Assembly: GCA_002189035.1 (NCBI GenBank)
Contig: NEEC01000018.1
Location: 2,356,001-2,420,000, forward strand
DNA from: Utricularia gibba
Taxonomy: Eukaryota; Plantae; Magnoliophyta
Direction of reading: 5' to 3'
Length of the DNA: 64,000 nucleotides
The notes beneath the pieces are model-generated. The model was not told the DNA's origin and searched no databases. It was given only the letters and a program-made list of their open reading frames with translations. Each line of letters opens with the position of its first letter. Within the stretch, counting starts at the first letter, position 1. The position numbers and the translations under genes are program-made. Positions 1 to 13,000 of this stretch are shown here, piece after piece.

Positions 1-1029
1 ATTCCTCATCCCTTTCATTAACGCCAGAATCCCTGGCGCCTACACTGGTGGCCCATGGCAAGCAGCACATGCTACATTCTACGGCGGCAGCGATGCTTCC
101 GGAACTATGGGTACATTCAAAACCCGCCATTCTTTTGGGTTTTTCACTCCGAGGTTCACCTTACGTATTGTCTACAGGCGGCGCGTGCGGATACGGGAAC
201 TTGTACAGCCAGGGCTATGGCGTGAACACGGCGGCGCTGAGCACGGCACTGTTCGACGGAGGCCGTAGCTGCGGAGCTTGCTTCGAAATTAAGTGCAACG
301 AACCGAATTGGTGTAACCCTGGGAACCCCTCCATCATCGTCACTGCCACAAATTTCTGTCCGCCGAACTACGCTCTGCCGAACGACAACGGCGGCTGGTG
401 CAATCCTCCTCGCCCGCACTTCGACCTGGCCATGCCCATGTTTCTTAAAATCGCCGAGTACCGTGCAGGCATAGTCGCCGTCAATTTCCGCCGGTAAAGT
501 TCCTTTTCCCTCTTTCGGACCGAAATGCCCTCTTGTAGCATCTCTATGTCAGGGTCTTTATAGTAATTTCCTAGAAGTAGGAACCCGGGTAACTTTTTGG
601 GATAGGCGCGCTCCGAAAAATTTTTGACCGAAACCAGAATTAAATGAGGCGCCGTAAAAACCGCTGAAATTAGGGCTTCATTTATTAACTTTTGCTTTCC
701 CCTTTTCTTCCATCTGCAGCATCCCGTGCCGAAAGCAAGGCGGCGTCAGATTCACCGTCAACGGTTTCCGCTACTTCAACCTCGTCCTCATCACAAACGT
801 CGCCGGCGCCGGAGACATCGTCCGCGCGAGCGTCAAGGGCACGAGGACTCCATGGATTCCGATGAGCCGCAACTGGGGCCAGAACTGGCAGTCAAACGTC
901 GTTCTCATGGGACAGGCCCTGTCCTTCAGAGTCACCTCTAGCGACGGCCGTACTTCGACGTCGATGAACGTGGCGCCTGCTGATTGGCAGTTCGGGCAGA
1001 CTTTCATGGGTAAAAATTTCAGAATCTAA
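1..1029 (+). CDS. EXPA: Alpha-expansin (EXPA4/6/9/16-like clade), 5' end outside window
   Basis: Exons <2-110, 178-493, 720-1029 with GT-AG introns. Translation [43 protein letters not shown]...HFDLAMPMF...[11 protein letters not shown]...[14 protein letters not shown]; HFD motif and conserved Trp residues present. Confidence 0.97.
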
Positions 1030-1603
1030 ACCCAACTTCATCCGAGTCCACATTTTTCTGCCTTTTTAACATGAAAAATGTGGCAGCGAATGCCGATTAT
1101 AGATAGAGCCTCGACGTAGGGAGTGTCTGTTTCCATGTGTGGTTTGTATCTGGTATGTAGTAGAGGTTGCTGTTTGGTAGTCACCGCCGTTAAACAGTAC
1201 ACGGCGGTGTAGTTGTAGTTCCCAGGCCGAAGCGACTGCATTGTCTTGACAAGCCAAGATACTGTGTAGCCCGCGGCCTTCCCTTCCTTGCTGTTGTCAT
1301 CTGTCTGTAAGGCAGCCATTGTGGCGTGGCATTCACACCGTTGCTCAGTGAGGTGGGTTCTGCGTTCCATAGGATTCAATGAACATCACCACCTACCACA
1401 GAGTTAGTAGATGGGGACAGAGAGAGTAAATGCATCGGCCCAACACTTTAAGAAACCAGGGCTGGCTTCAATCAATCCACTATGCGTAAGCCCATAAGGC
1501 CCGGGGTGTAAACACTACAAAACACATTTCCGTACAGCATGAAAGATTATTGTCAGTCTTGACGACAGGGGCAAGCCAGCTATGTACAGGGTAAGGGTGG
1601 TTT

Positions 1604-3380
1604 TCAGTTCAGGCATACAGAAAGGAAGCTGAGGGCCTGGGGTACGCTGAGGCTACCGGAGTGGTGCCCGGCCTTGAGTTGGGGCATTACCTGCTTGGCT
1701 GCCCGGGATTTCTGATTGGTGCGGTCACTGGAGGGGCCCTTTGATTCATGGAGATCCTCGAGGGATTTCACGATCTCGTCCATGCTCGGTCGGTTTCTTG
1801 GATCCGATGAAACACACTGGAGAGCAAGTAGGGATGTCTTACCAACCATGGTAATGGGATACACTCCTTGAAGGCGGGGATCGACGATGCTGAGAACCCT
1901 GTGTCTGTTGCTGAGATACGGCTTCGCCCACTCGATCAGACTGTGCTCCCCTGGCGGACGATGCTTGTCGATCGCCCTTTTGCCGGTTATGATCTCTAGG
2001 AGAACCACCCCGAAGCTGTAGACGTCGCTCTTGGCTGTTAGATGCCCTGATTGATACCATAAGACAGCAGGGTTGAGTATGACAGCCCATATATGAATGC
2101 TGCCAGGACAGGACAGGACAGGTTCACAGCACCTGTGGATAAGTACTCAGGGGCAGCGTATCCATATGTTCCCATTACTCGGGTCGAGACATAGCTTTTA
2201 TCATCGGCAGGGCCGTCCCGAGCTAACCCAAAATCAGAGAGTTTAGGATGATAGTTCTGCAGGCATTGGGTGAACGAAGATTAGTGATCATCATCTACAT
2301 GGCAGCCAGCTAGGGATATCCGGACTTGTGCTCAACACATACCGAATCAAGCAAGATATTAGAAGTCTTGAAGTCTCTGTATATGACTTTGGCGTCAGCG
2401 CTATGAAGAAAGGCAAGCCCTCTGGCTGCGCCAAGTGCAATTTTCATTCTCAGGCTCCAACTGAGTGGCTCGAAGTAAGATCCTCCTGAGTCATTGTAAA
2501 ACTGTCCCCTTGAATCCCAGGAGGCTGCGGCATTATTTTGAAAGAATTGAAGACTTACTGCGGAAGAGATGATTCTCAAGACTACCCTTTTGCATGTACT
2601 CGTAAACCAGCAGCCTGTGATCATCTTCGAAGCAGTAGCCTATCAGTTTCACAAGATTTGGATGTTGCAGCTGCCCCAGGTAGTTGATTTCAGCCTGTCA
2701 ATGAACCATAGACATGAAAAGATAAAAACAACATTGCGATTGATCCGAATCACGAAGGCTCCAATCACTTCAAGTATTAATCTTTTTTTACTGATCTGGC
2801 ATCTGTTACTTCCACAGTATATAACAAGAAAGAAGAAGCATTTACTCACCAACCATTCACTGTGCCCCTGCCAACTGTCTTGTTTCAACCGTTTCACAGC
2901 GACAACCATATTAGATCCGGGCTTGGAAGGAGCAAGCGAATATTCATCAAGCCATCCTTTGAAAACAGACCCAAAACCTCCTTCGCCTATTACGGTTTCT
3001 GGACGGAAATTCCTGGTGGCTGCCTTGAGGTCACCAAAACTGAAGCTTTTCACATTTGGAGACTGCAGTATTTCACATTCACTTCGAGGAGTTGCTGGAT
3101 AAGATGAGGTAGATGCCTTGCTGCTTGACTGACTGAGCTGAATTCCGCCTCCGCTAGCCGTTCTAGATGAACTCCGACCTGTGAATAAGAAGCAGCAACG
3201 GTGGCCTGTAAGTCCAGAAAATAACTTGCACAACATAGAATAAAAACCAAACGCAGAGCAAGTTCAATTCACTCAATTCAAGGAAGACTTGCAACCCCCT
3301 CCTATGGAACAGGATGAAATGAGGGGAATACCAGAATTCTTAGGGCTCTCCGCAATCCTCTTGCTGAAGCAGATCCCCAT
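1604..3380 (-). CDS. PBL: Receptor-like cytoplasmic kinase subfamily VII (PBL/APK1/NAK-like); C-terminal motif out of frame
   Basis: Six exons. Exon 1 (3380-3332) encodes MGICFSKR (myristoylation/palmitoylation-type start); kinase motifs [53 protein letters not shown]. The family C-terminal AYPRPSAS motif is in another frame (stop 1609-1611); the as-written frame stops at 1604-1606. Confidence 0.93.
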
Positions 3381-4660
3381 ATCCCAATCTACAATCCAGT
3401 TAAAGATCAATCAAGAAAATCTGGAACAAGCCCAAAAACCAAAGACCCACACTTCCTCGTTGCTTCCCTTCCCACTGAATCACATGCAAACCCAGAAAAA
3501 AAATAGGTATCTGCGAGGAAAAACCAAAGGCAAGTAAACAAAAGTGACTGGCGGCCCAGATGAAGTCTGAACCCTCTGAGTTTTCAGTGGGAAGCCGTCA
3601 TCGTCACCCACCTGCCAACCTCGCGATGTGAGACACGAACACCAGTTTCGTCTATTGTATTGGTCTTCTTCTCGAAGCTGAACACGCCTCTCGAATCTCG
3701 AGAATTAGGGGATAAGAGGGGCGGCCGGTTTATATAGAACCATTTTTCCTTGCTCGTAAAAAAAAAATCACGCTTGATGAGGGAATGTGCAGCGGAGGGG
3801 AAATTCTCCCTATCCCCTTGAATTTGACTTCTCCAGCAATCATCGTCATTTTTCATGGTTATTGTTTTCCATCCTTCACTTGCATTTTTTCCCAAATCAT
3901 TACTGTAACTCACCCAACAGGTACAGGTACTACTACCATGTGTTCATTCAGATTTCAGACCACACATGCATCATAAGAAAGGGAACAAATTCATAAGGGA
4001 GGCGAAGTTTGACCCACCATGTGAAACGTTGACTCTGGTTCCCAATCATTGACTTTGGTCCAATTTAAAAAAAAACACATACACACACCAACTGGGCCCC
4101 ACGTCACCGCACAGTGCTTACCGGCCTCTTTAACACCCCCATGTGCTGCCTTCGCCCATTGATTTGGTTTAGTGTTAATAGCACAGAAACTAAACTTTAC
4201 ACCATCACCCATTCCTTTTTCTTGGTTAAAATTAAACAATGTTTATGTTATATTAATTGTGAACCCATCATTAATGGGACAGAACCTTAAAACATTACGA
4301 AATTTTCCGGCACCAGCACCAAAAAAAAAAGTCAACATACCTACACTAAAATATTCAACGCATTTGGAATCCATTGGATGGTGCTTGATAGTTGCTTTTT
4401 ATTCCCATAACACATGATGCTGGGCCGAATTGATTAGTGTCTTCCTAGTTTCTTGAAATTCTTCTTCGTTAGGGTTATGGGCCCAGCCCATGAAACGCGA
4501 AACGGGCCTCAATTAATTCGGGCTTTTATGTGTATTGCATAGGGGAGATCGTCAGTACGGACAGGCCCGCCAGACGAGACGCGTGTTATTGTCGTATCAT
4601 ACTAGGAACAGAGGGAGGGGGATGGCGTCCGTGGCCTGAGGGACGTCCGGCGCCGGTTGC

Positions 4661-5056
4661 TCACTTGCAGCCGCAAGAGTTGCAGGTGCAGTTGCCACCG
4701 CATTTGCATCCGTTCTCGCCGGGAGAGACGGCAGCCTCATCAGCGAATCTGCAAAAATTACAAACAACACGGGAGGTTTAAAAATCGCAAATAACACGCC
4801 AGTTTTCGATGATTTCTAAAAATCAGATCTCGTACGTCATCTTAGGAGCAGCGCCAAGAACGACGGTGGTGGAAGCAGCGCTGGAGAATTCGTTCAGATC
4901 TCCGTACATCTTGCATCTGCCAGATCAAAATTAGTGACCCCGACCCGCGGAGAGAGAACAAGCATATGCGGAGAATAAGGAAGAACCTTACCCTCCACAG
5001 CCGCTTCCGCACTGGCAGTTGGAGCCGCATCCGCAGTTTCCTTTGCAGCAAGACAT
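4661..5056 (-). CDS. MT2: Type 2 metallothionein, 77 aa
   Basis: Exons 5056-4992, 4916-4836, 4748-4661 (234 nt, phases consistent) give [77 protein letters not shown]: 8 N-terminal and 6 C-terminal Cys with a Cys-free linker. Confidence 0.97.
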
Positions 5057-5122
5057 CCTGGAAAACCTTCGAGTTATGGCCTGGGGAAGCAAGGGTGCGG
5101 AAAATCGTAGGCTATGACCCTC

Positions 5123-5224
5123 CTTTTATAGTGGGAGGAGGAGGGACGGGGGCGGGCCACCACCGTACACGTGGCAACAGATCGATCGGTGACGTCGTCT
5201 TTACGGCGGAGTCAGCATGCACTC
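5123..5224 (-). promoter_or_regulatory. MT2 proximal promoter: TATA box, G-box/ABRE, MRE-like core
   Basis: TATAAAAG on the minus strand at 5123-5130; ACACGTGGC at 5167-5175; TGACGT at about 5190; TGCACTC (TGCRCNC core) at 5218-5224. Confidence 0.55.
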
Positions 5225-5699
5225 GACCCCTTGGACAACGAACGAAATCAAAAAGCCCCTTTAGATTTGCATTTATCTTCTCATCCCGCAGAGAAGCTGA
5301 GCTCGCCGCAAACTCATTCATTTGAACAGAAAAGACATGCTTTTCGTATGTTGTTGTTAGAAGGCCTCTAAGTCTTCGCAAGCGAGGAACTGATGATCAG
5401 ATCAGCACTTCTGTGGAACCCCAGACGGAGGTTTGGATGAGGCAGAAGGAGTAGGCGTCCAAATGGAAACGTAGAAAAGAGAAGCGAATCGCATTCCCTT
5501 CTTTAGACTCGCCCATTGGAGAGATTCCAGAGCAGAACTATCCAAGGAGCACACGAAACCACGACTTTTGGCGCTGGACGATAAGGGTGTGTGCAGTGCA
5601 TCACATCAAATCAATACCAGCAAGCGCAAATTGGAAAAGACTAAGAGCTTTGCGCCAGCCGAACAACATCACGGGCCTTCGAATAAACGACCCACAGCT

Positions 5700-5960
5700 C
5701 CCTCCTGTTACAATTACAGCCCCCAGATTCGATATCCTCCCGTCTTGACGTCCCTCCCAGCTTCAAAGCTTGCAAGATTGAGTTGTTCACTGGGGCAACA
5801 ACTAATCGTTTCCACCAGACCGTGGGAAAAGGTTGTTTAATTATGACATACTTTAAAGCAATCACGAGAATGGGACTGGACTATGATCTCATTGCTACTG
5901 CAATATGCTATAAAAATCTTCATTATTCAACCACCCAGAAGTCAAACCTGCCAGAAGAAG
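5700..5960 (+). mobile_element. Possible eroded Ty3/gypsy gag fragment
   Basis: Across a frame change the sequence reads YSPQIR / LDVPPSFKACKIELFTGATT...LIMTYFKAITRMG...LP, resembling the gag pattern FSPxI..VPxxFKxxxIxxYDGxT..HLxxYxxxM. Judged by eye only; no LTR, PBS or pol seen. Confidence 0.3.
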
Positions 5961-6530
5961 GTGTAATTTAACCCGTGTAGGGTAAAACGTAGAAAAAAAA
6001 TAGTCAAAATGTGGCGGAGGGACCATCCCGGTCGTGTAGAGCAAGAATTTCTTCCTCCATTGTTAATGGGTTGAACTTCAACAAAAAAGAAAAAAAAAAA
6101 ATTGGATAGATAACATGGCATCTGAAGGAGCATTCCTCCATGCTTCTGCCGCTGGAAGTGGGAATGCCGTTTGACTTCACACCATTCCAGATGATAAACT
6201 TCGACGTGTATTATTTTAGTAGAATGAAAATGGGAATCTCAATTGTTTTTTAGGAAATAAAAAAGAATGACTATTTAAAAGTCAACGCCCCCGAAACCCG
6301 CCCACCAAAAAGAGAGATTTGAACGAGGAAATTTTCTATTAAGACGTTGATTCTGGACCCCCTACAAAAGTCAACTCTTTCCATTGATTTCCTTGGCAAC
6401 CGCCCCGCTGGCTTGTTTTCCTTTCCTCCCGAACTGCTCCACGACTTGCTTGTCTTGTTGCTCTGCAATTCTGAGTGGGTTTTAGGAAAAGGAGCCGTGG
6501 AGTTGGATTTCTGTTTAGTAAAAGAGGCAA

Positions 6531-8451
6531 ATGGGAAACGCTTTTCGGAGACTCGGTCTGTGTCTCGCCGGGGATCCCGGCGAGATTTCTAGGCGGAGGA
6601 AGGATGCTTCGGGGATGTCGGAGCTTCTGGACGAAGGGTTTGGTCACTCCTTCTGCTATATACCACCGGAAAAACTTGGAAATAAAGCGCAGTGCCCAAC
6701 CACCGCCAACGCCCAACAAACTCCCCTGTTCCGTACAATATCCGGCGCGGTGATATCGGCCAATACATTGACGCCTCACTCCAGCGACGCTTTTTCGGAG
6801 CCGCTAGAAAAAGGTGCAGTTTTTGAATGCTCGAGTCTTTTTAGTTCCATGCCTCTGCAACCGATTCCTAAGGACTCTGTTAAATCCGGTCCCATTTTGA
6901 GAAATTCTGCTCCCGGATCGGAGCTAATTGACCACGGCTTTCTCTCCGGTCCGATAGAACGAAGTTTCCTCTCCGCCCCGCTAGATAGCCGGATCCATCA
7001 TAGCGACATTCCTAGATCCAAAAAACGAGCTTTTCTTAAGAATTTCGAAGCGAAATCTATTTGGAGTTCGGGTTGGAATCAGAAAGAGCGGAGTAGCTTT
7101 TCGGCGAGTGGAACTAGCAGCACTATGACTAGCACTACTGTTAGCAGTGAAATGAGTTTGAACGATGACATCGGAAATGGAACATCACAGAATCTACAGT
7201 GGGCTCAAGGTAAAGCCGGCGAAGATCGGGTCCACATCGTCGTCTCCGAGGAGCAGAGATGGGTTTTCGTGGGTGTTTACGATGGATTCAACGGCCCCGA
7301 TGCAACCGATTTCTTGTTAAACAATCTCTACTCCAACATCCACAAGGAGCTCAGTGGTTTGCTATGGAGAGACGGCTCTGAAAACAGAGGCAAACCGCGC
7401 AATGCTCGAGGTAAAAATGGCGATCTCCCAGTTGATCATTCGGAAGTACTCAAGGCATTGGCCAAAGCACTGCAAGTGACAGAAGAAGCCTATCTCGAAA
7501 TGGCGGATATGATGCTCAGTGAGTACCCTGAGTTAGCGCTGATGGGATCTTGTGTTCTTGTGATGCTGATGAAAGACTCGGACGTTTATCTGATGAACGT
7601 CGGCGACAGTCGAGCCGTTTTAGCCCGGAAGCGTGACTCCGGTTTGCGGAACAAGACACCGAGAAGCCATCAGAATGATGAGAATCCACACGCTTTCACC
7701 TCAGCTCAGCTCACCATGGATCACAGTGCCTATGTAAAGGAGGTAACTTTGGTTAATCTCAGCTACAATTCTATCATATAAATAAACTGGAAACGTGGCT
7801 TCAGGAAGTACGGCGGATACGGAATGCACATCAAGACGACGCCTTTGCAGTTTCAAATGATCGCGTCAAGGGCGCCTTAAGAGTGACGCGGGCCTTCGGT
7901 GCCGGCTTTCTGAAACATGTATGCTCCCTGATTCATGGATCCCTTCGTGTTGCGGATGCTTTGTGCTTACGCTGACCTGATTGATCCCTGCAGCCTAAAT
8001 GGAACAGTGCCCTCCTCGAGATGTTCAGAATAGATTACATCGGAACATCCCCGTACATCACATGCGCCCCATCACTCCTCCACCACAGGCTCAGCCCCGA
8101 CGACAAGTTCCTCATCCTATGCTCCGATGGCGCCCACGAGCACCTTTCGAACGAGGAGGCGGTATCCGAAGTGGAGATGTTCATGTCGATGTTCCCCGAC
8201 TCCGACCCTGCCCAACATCTAGTCGAAGAAGTCCTGCTCCGTGCAGCAAGGAAAGCGGGTACACAACCCACCCACCCTTGTCTCTTGTAAACTCGTGAAA
8301 TTCAGTCTCTGATGGAGCGCTGTGCTGCTTTGCAGGTATGGGCTTTCACGAGCTGCTGGATATCCCACAAGGGGAGCGCCGGAGGTACCACGACGACGTT
8401 TCCGTCGTCATCATTTCATTCCAAGGCCGCATATGGGAGTCTTCCGGCTGA
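6531..8451 (+). CDS. PLL: POLTERGEIST-like protein phosphatase 2C (clade C, PLL2-5 type)
   Basis: Four exons. MGN start; [82 protein letters not shown] motifs; stop TGA at 8449-8451. Confidence 0.95.
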
Positions 8452-9559
8452 CGGGCAAAAATCTAAACCTGATTCATTCATACAAATTACAAATTCATTC
8501 TTTTTCTTTGTAATAAATAATCTTTGTATTAAATCGGAATCGTGTCTCCTAGTATGGGTAAAAAGGTGAAAATAAAAAATTAACCATGGCATGATGTCCG
8601 TCCATGGTACATGCGACACATGACGTGGGGGCACCATCATCATGCCTCTCGTGAACCAACACCATCATTCCTCCTACCGATCACTTCATGCCAATCTTAG
8701 TATAATATAATATATATAATCACCCTTAATTAATCACGTGCCCCTGGGCCATTTTTCTAACGGCAGTTAAAAAAAAAAAAAGAAACCGTAGAAGTGGATT
8801 AAGGAACATTCACTGCTGCTCTGCTGGAGTAAAGGGAGGGGGGGAATGATTGTGCTCTGACTTCATCTACAAGCTGAGCCAATGAGTGGAGGAGGAGGAG
8901 GGGATTTGAGAAGTTTTATGGAGGTGTAGTGTACGGCACGCGTCACGTCATCCTCTCTCTCAAAAAATGAACTTTATGGGGATGAAGGGATGCCCCCCGT
9001 TTTGAGTTTTAAGGTCTGGGATTTGCAGTAAGTAAGTTGGGGTTTTGGGCGGGATTGATACCCTTTGATTTACTGGAATGTTTTGTGTGGAGGAATGAAA
9101 ACTGGTGCATTGCTACTGTGCCATCGGAGGTGGAGTTTTGGAAGGCGGTTGGTTGTTTGCCTAACTGACTGCCGCAGCGTTGAGGTTTCTGGTTTACCGC
9201 TGTAACAAGATTCTGTGGCGCAGTTTACTGTGCATCCTTTTTGTAATAAAATCTACTGAATTTCAATCCTTTCTACGGGACGGTATTTATGCTGCATCGG
9301 ATCCTTCGGTGATGTGTTCCCACTGCCCCCAACAGCGGCGCTGTCAGTCCCATATTCATCATATTCCTCCTCCCCCCCTCGCTCCTTCTCGGGAGCTCTC
9401 TGATCGATCTTTTGAGGTAAAGGAGAGAACTTCTGCGGATCGCAAATCTCGCAGTCGTTTGTACGGTTGATGGTTTCTGGACCCTTAACTCTGTTTATCT
9501 GCGCTGGGCAGAAGTCTACTTCCCCTGAAATCAGCCCCCTTTTACAAAGCTTTTGAAAG

Positions 9560-10041
9560 ATGGTGTCAGGGGCCGAAAACCCAGAAAAATTCTCCGGCGA
9601 AAACGACGTTTGTGATTCTTTTCAACCCGTGTCGGAGGCAGAGGCGCCGGTGGGGGAGGGAATATGCGTCGGATCGTCTACCGAGAAGGATATTCGCGAA
9701 GGAAATGAGGAGGGATTCCAAAGTGTGAATCAGAGTCTTCCGGCGGAGACAGAGGCTCCAGGGCGGAGGAGATTGATTTAGTGATCGGCATCAAATCGGG
9801 TAGGGAAACCGCGGAAGAGAATGACGGATTCAGGACTCCAACTCGTAAGATTCCGGTCCCGACCGAGTGTCCCCCGGCTCCGAGGAAACTCCGGCGGAAA
9901 ACGGAGACTTGTGTGAGGAAATCGTGCCGCCGAAGCCTCAAATTCGAACTGGATAACGCGGAGGTGGAGTCGGTATTCCGACCCGCGAATGATGAGGAAC
10001 CGGGTACGAAGCGAGCTCGAAGGGAGGACGCCGCATGGTGA
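9560..10041 (+). CDS. SMR: SIAMESE-related (SMR) cyclin-dependent kinase inhibitor, split by a frameshift
   Basis: The frame open from 9709 to the stop at 10041 encodes GFRTPT-RKIP-VPTECPPAPRKLRRK and RRSLKFELDNAEVESVF (SMR motifs) but has no ATG. The upstream ATG 9560 frame is acidic and stops at 9779-9781. Confidence 0.8.
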
Positions 10042-10544
10042 CAACGGCGGTTTCCTCCCTCTTCCTCTTAGCTCCTTCCGTCCATTATTGTTTGGCATTT
10101 GTGTGTGATGCATGATACACAGCTATCTATCTCATCCATTGTTTGTTTGTTATTACAAGAATTGAAAAAAGAGAAAGTGTTGAGACCCCTGAAACTGTTT
10201 GTGTGGGACCACAGGCTTTAGGAGCTTCTAAACTTGCCTTGCAATCTTGGCACAAGAAAACAGACAGCAGAGTGGATGATGGAGTAACTGTGCATCCTGC
10301 TTTTCTCTTTTTTTTTTCCCCCTTTACGACCTTCACGCATAGTTTGGCGTGGGCCGGGCCTTCAGGATAGCGAGCACCGGGGAAAGCCCAACAACATAAT
10401 TACCATATGCATCGATAGAACCAAAATAGCAACAGCAGCGTTCAACGCAAAACAGCAGCATAATTGAAATAGTCCGCTTCCCACGAAGCGAAAAAAATAT
10501 CAGAAAAACGTCCAGAAAGAAGGCAGCATGAAAAATCTCCAGGC

Positions 10545-12854
10545 TTAGTCGACCTCCTCGATCTTGGGACCCGCGCCGCCGCCGCCACCGCCTCTGGGAG
10601 CAGCAACATCATCCTCCATCGGGACATCGCCGCCGGCACCTTGGTACATCTTGGCGATGATCGGGTTGCAGATGCTCTCCAGCTCCTTCATCTTGTCTTC
10701 GAATTCATCCGCCTCCGCGAGCTGGTTCCCATCCAGCCACTGAATGGCCGTGTCGATGGCATCCTCGATCTTCTTTTTGTCAGCAGCGGGGAGTTTGGAA
10801 GCGATCTTCTCGTCCTTCACGGTGTTCCTCATGTTGTAGGCATAGTTCTCCAGCGCATTCTTGGCTTCTACCTTCTTCTTGTGCTCCTCATCCTCTGATT
10901 TGTACTTCTCAGCCTCCTGCACCATCTTTTCGATTTCCTCCTTCGAGAGCCTGCCCTTGTCGTTGGTGATGGTGATCTTGTTCTTCTGCCCAGTGGTTTT
11001 ATCCTCCGCGGAGACATTGAGGATGCCATTTGCATCAATATCGAAGCAGACGGTGATCTGAGGAACTCCTCTAGGAGCAGGTGGGATTCCAGAGAGCTCA
11101 AATTTGCCTAGCAAGTTGTTGTCCCTCGTCCTGGTTCTCTCTCCTTCGTAGACCTGGATGAGCACACCAGGTTGGTTATCGGAATACGTGGAGAACACCT
11201 GTTCCTTCTTTGTCGGGATGGTGGTGTTCCTGGGGATCAGGACAGTCATGACGCCACCGGCAGTTTCCAGACCGAGGGAGAGAGGCGTGACGTCCAGAAG
11301 CAGCAAGTCCTGAACCTTCTCATTACCCTCCCCACTCAAAATGGCAGCCTGGACAGCAGCACCATACGCAACAGCTTCATCGGGGTTGATGCTCTTGCAA
11401 AGCTCCTTGCCATTGAAAAAGTCCTGCAGCAGTTGTTGAACCTTGGGAATTCGAGTCGATCCCCCGACAAGAACCACATCATGAACTGTGCTCTTGTCCA
11501 TTTTAGCATCCCTCAAACACTTCTCAACTGGCTCCATGCACTTTCTGAACAAGTCCATGTTCAGTTCTTCGAATCTCGCACGAGTAATGGTGGAGTAGAA
11601 GTCAATACCCTCATAGAGAGAATCAATTTCAATGGTGGTCTGAGCAGTAGAGGAAAGAGTCCTCTTCGCTCTCTCACAAGATGTCCTCAACCTCCTAAGG
11701 GCCCTCGGGTTACCGCTGATGTCTTTCTTGTTCTTTCTCTTAAACTCCTGAACAAAATGATTAACCATCCTGTTGTCGAAGTCCTCCCCACCAAGGTGAG
11801 TGTCACCAGCAGTGGCCTTGACCTCAAAAATACCCTCCTCGATGGTCAAGAGGGAAACATCGAAAGTGCCACCACCAAGATCGAAAATCAAAACGTTCTT
11901 CTCGCCAACACTAGTTGCCTTCTTGTCCAACCCATAAGCAATTGCAGCAGCAGTAGGCTCATTGATGATACGCATTACATTCAGACCAGAGATGACACCT
12001 GCATCCTTGGTGGCTTGACGCTGAGAGTCATTGAAATATGCCGGGACTGTGACCACGGCATTCTTCACAGTTGAACCAAGGTACGCTTCAGCGATCTCCT
12101 TCATTTTTATCAAAACCATGGATGACACTTCCTCCGCGGCAAACTGCTTATCCTCACCCTTGTAGTTAACAACAATCATCGGTTTATCGCCGGGGCCAGA
12201 TATCACCTTGAATGGCCACAACTTGATATCGCTTTGGACGGAAGCATCCGTAAATCTCCTTCCAATCAAACGCTTTGCATCTAGATAGAAAATTGAAATA
12301 AATACAGCATGGCAAATAGTCAATATACAATAGCACATAGAGAGGTAACATAAAACCCCGATCTCCCAGTAGCAACAGAATGTCTCGACTAAAAAGTAAC
12401 TATTGATGTTAGAGACGTAAATAAGCACAGCGCGAATCAGATCTAAACATTCATTCTGCTTTGTATAGCAATGATAAAACCAGATCGAAAAAAGAAATTA
12501 TCTGGAAAAAACATCAAAATGATCAAGGCAAAGCTCCATGAGAAACAAACAACAATCCAGCCAGTAGAAGCGAAAAAGCGCAGGAATCATAAGAAGAAAA
12601 ATTAAAAACCCAACATCAAAAGAACAGAGTAGATCTGTACCGAAAACCGTGTTGGTTGGGTTCATGGCAACCTGATTCTTGGCAGCGTCACCGATCAGTC
12701 TCTCCGTATCAGTGAAAGCAACGTACGACGGCGTTGTTCGATTTCCCTGGTCATTAGCGATGATTTCGACGCGGTCGTGTTGCCATACGCCGACACATGA
12801 GTATGTCGTTCCAAGATCGATTCCGATAGCCGGACCTTCCCCCTTACCCGCCAT
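10545..12854 (-). CDS. HSP70: Cytosolic heat shock 70 kDa protein, 649 aa
   Basis: Exon 1 12854-12641 (214 nt) and exon 2 12280-10545. [51 protein letters not shown]-terminal GPKIEEVD*. Confidence 0.99.
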
Positions 12855-12975
12855 TGAATCGACAACCGGATACCCACAAAAAAAAATACAGAAAGCAGCA
12901 ACGGAGCGCAACTACGAACGAGATCTGACTTTAGAAGCAATCGGGGAGGATGTAAATATAATGCAAACCGCGCGC

Positions 12976-13000
12976 ATTCTAGAATATTCTGAAACCCTAA
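12976..13000. promoter_or_regulatory. Perfect three-unit heat shock element with adjacent telo-box
   Basis: aTTCtaGAAtaTTCt at 12976-12990, 122 bp upstream of the HSP70 ATG; AAACCCTAA at 12992-13000; TATA-like TATATTTA on the minus strand just downstream. Confidence 0.8.

Noticed and set aside
11172-12074. 300-aa ORF antisense to HSP70
   Set aside because: Long antisense ORFs are a known by-product of hsp70/dnaK codon usage; there is no independent promoter, splice or domain evidence.
12281-12640. HSP70 intron as a possible snoRNA host
   Set aside because: No RTGATGA C box paired with a CTGA D box and terminal stem on the transcribed strand.
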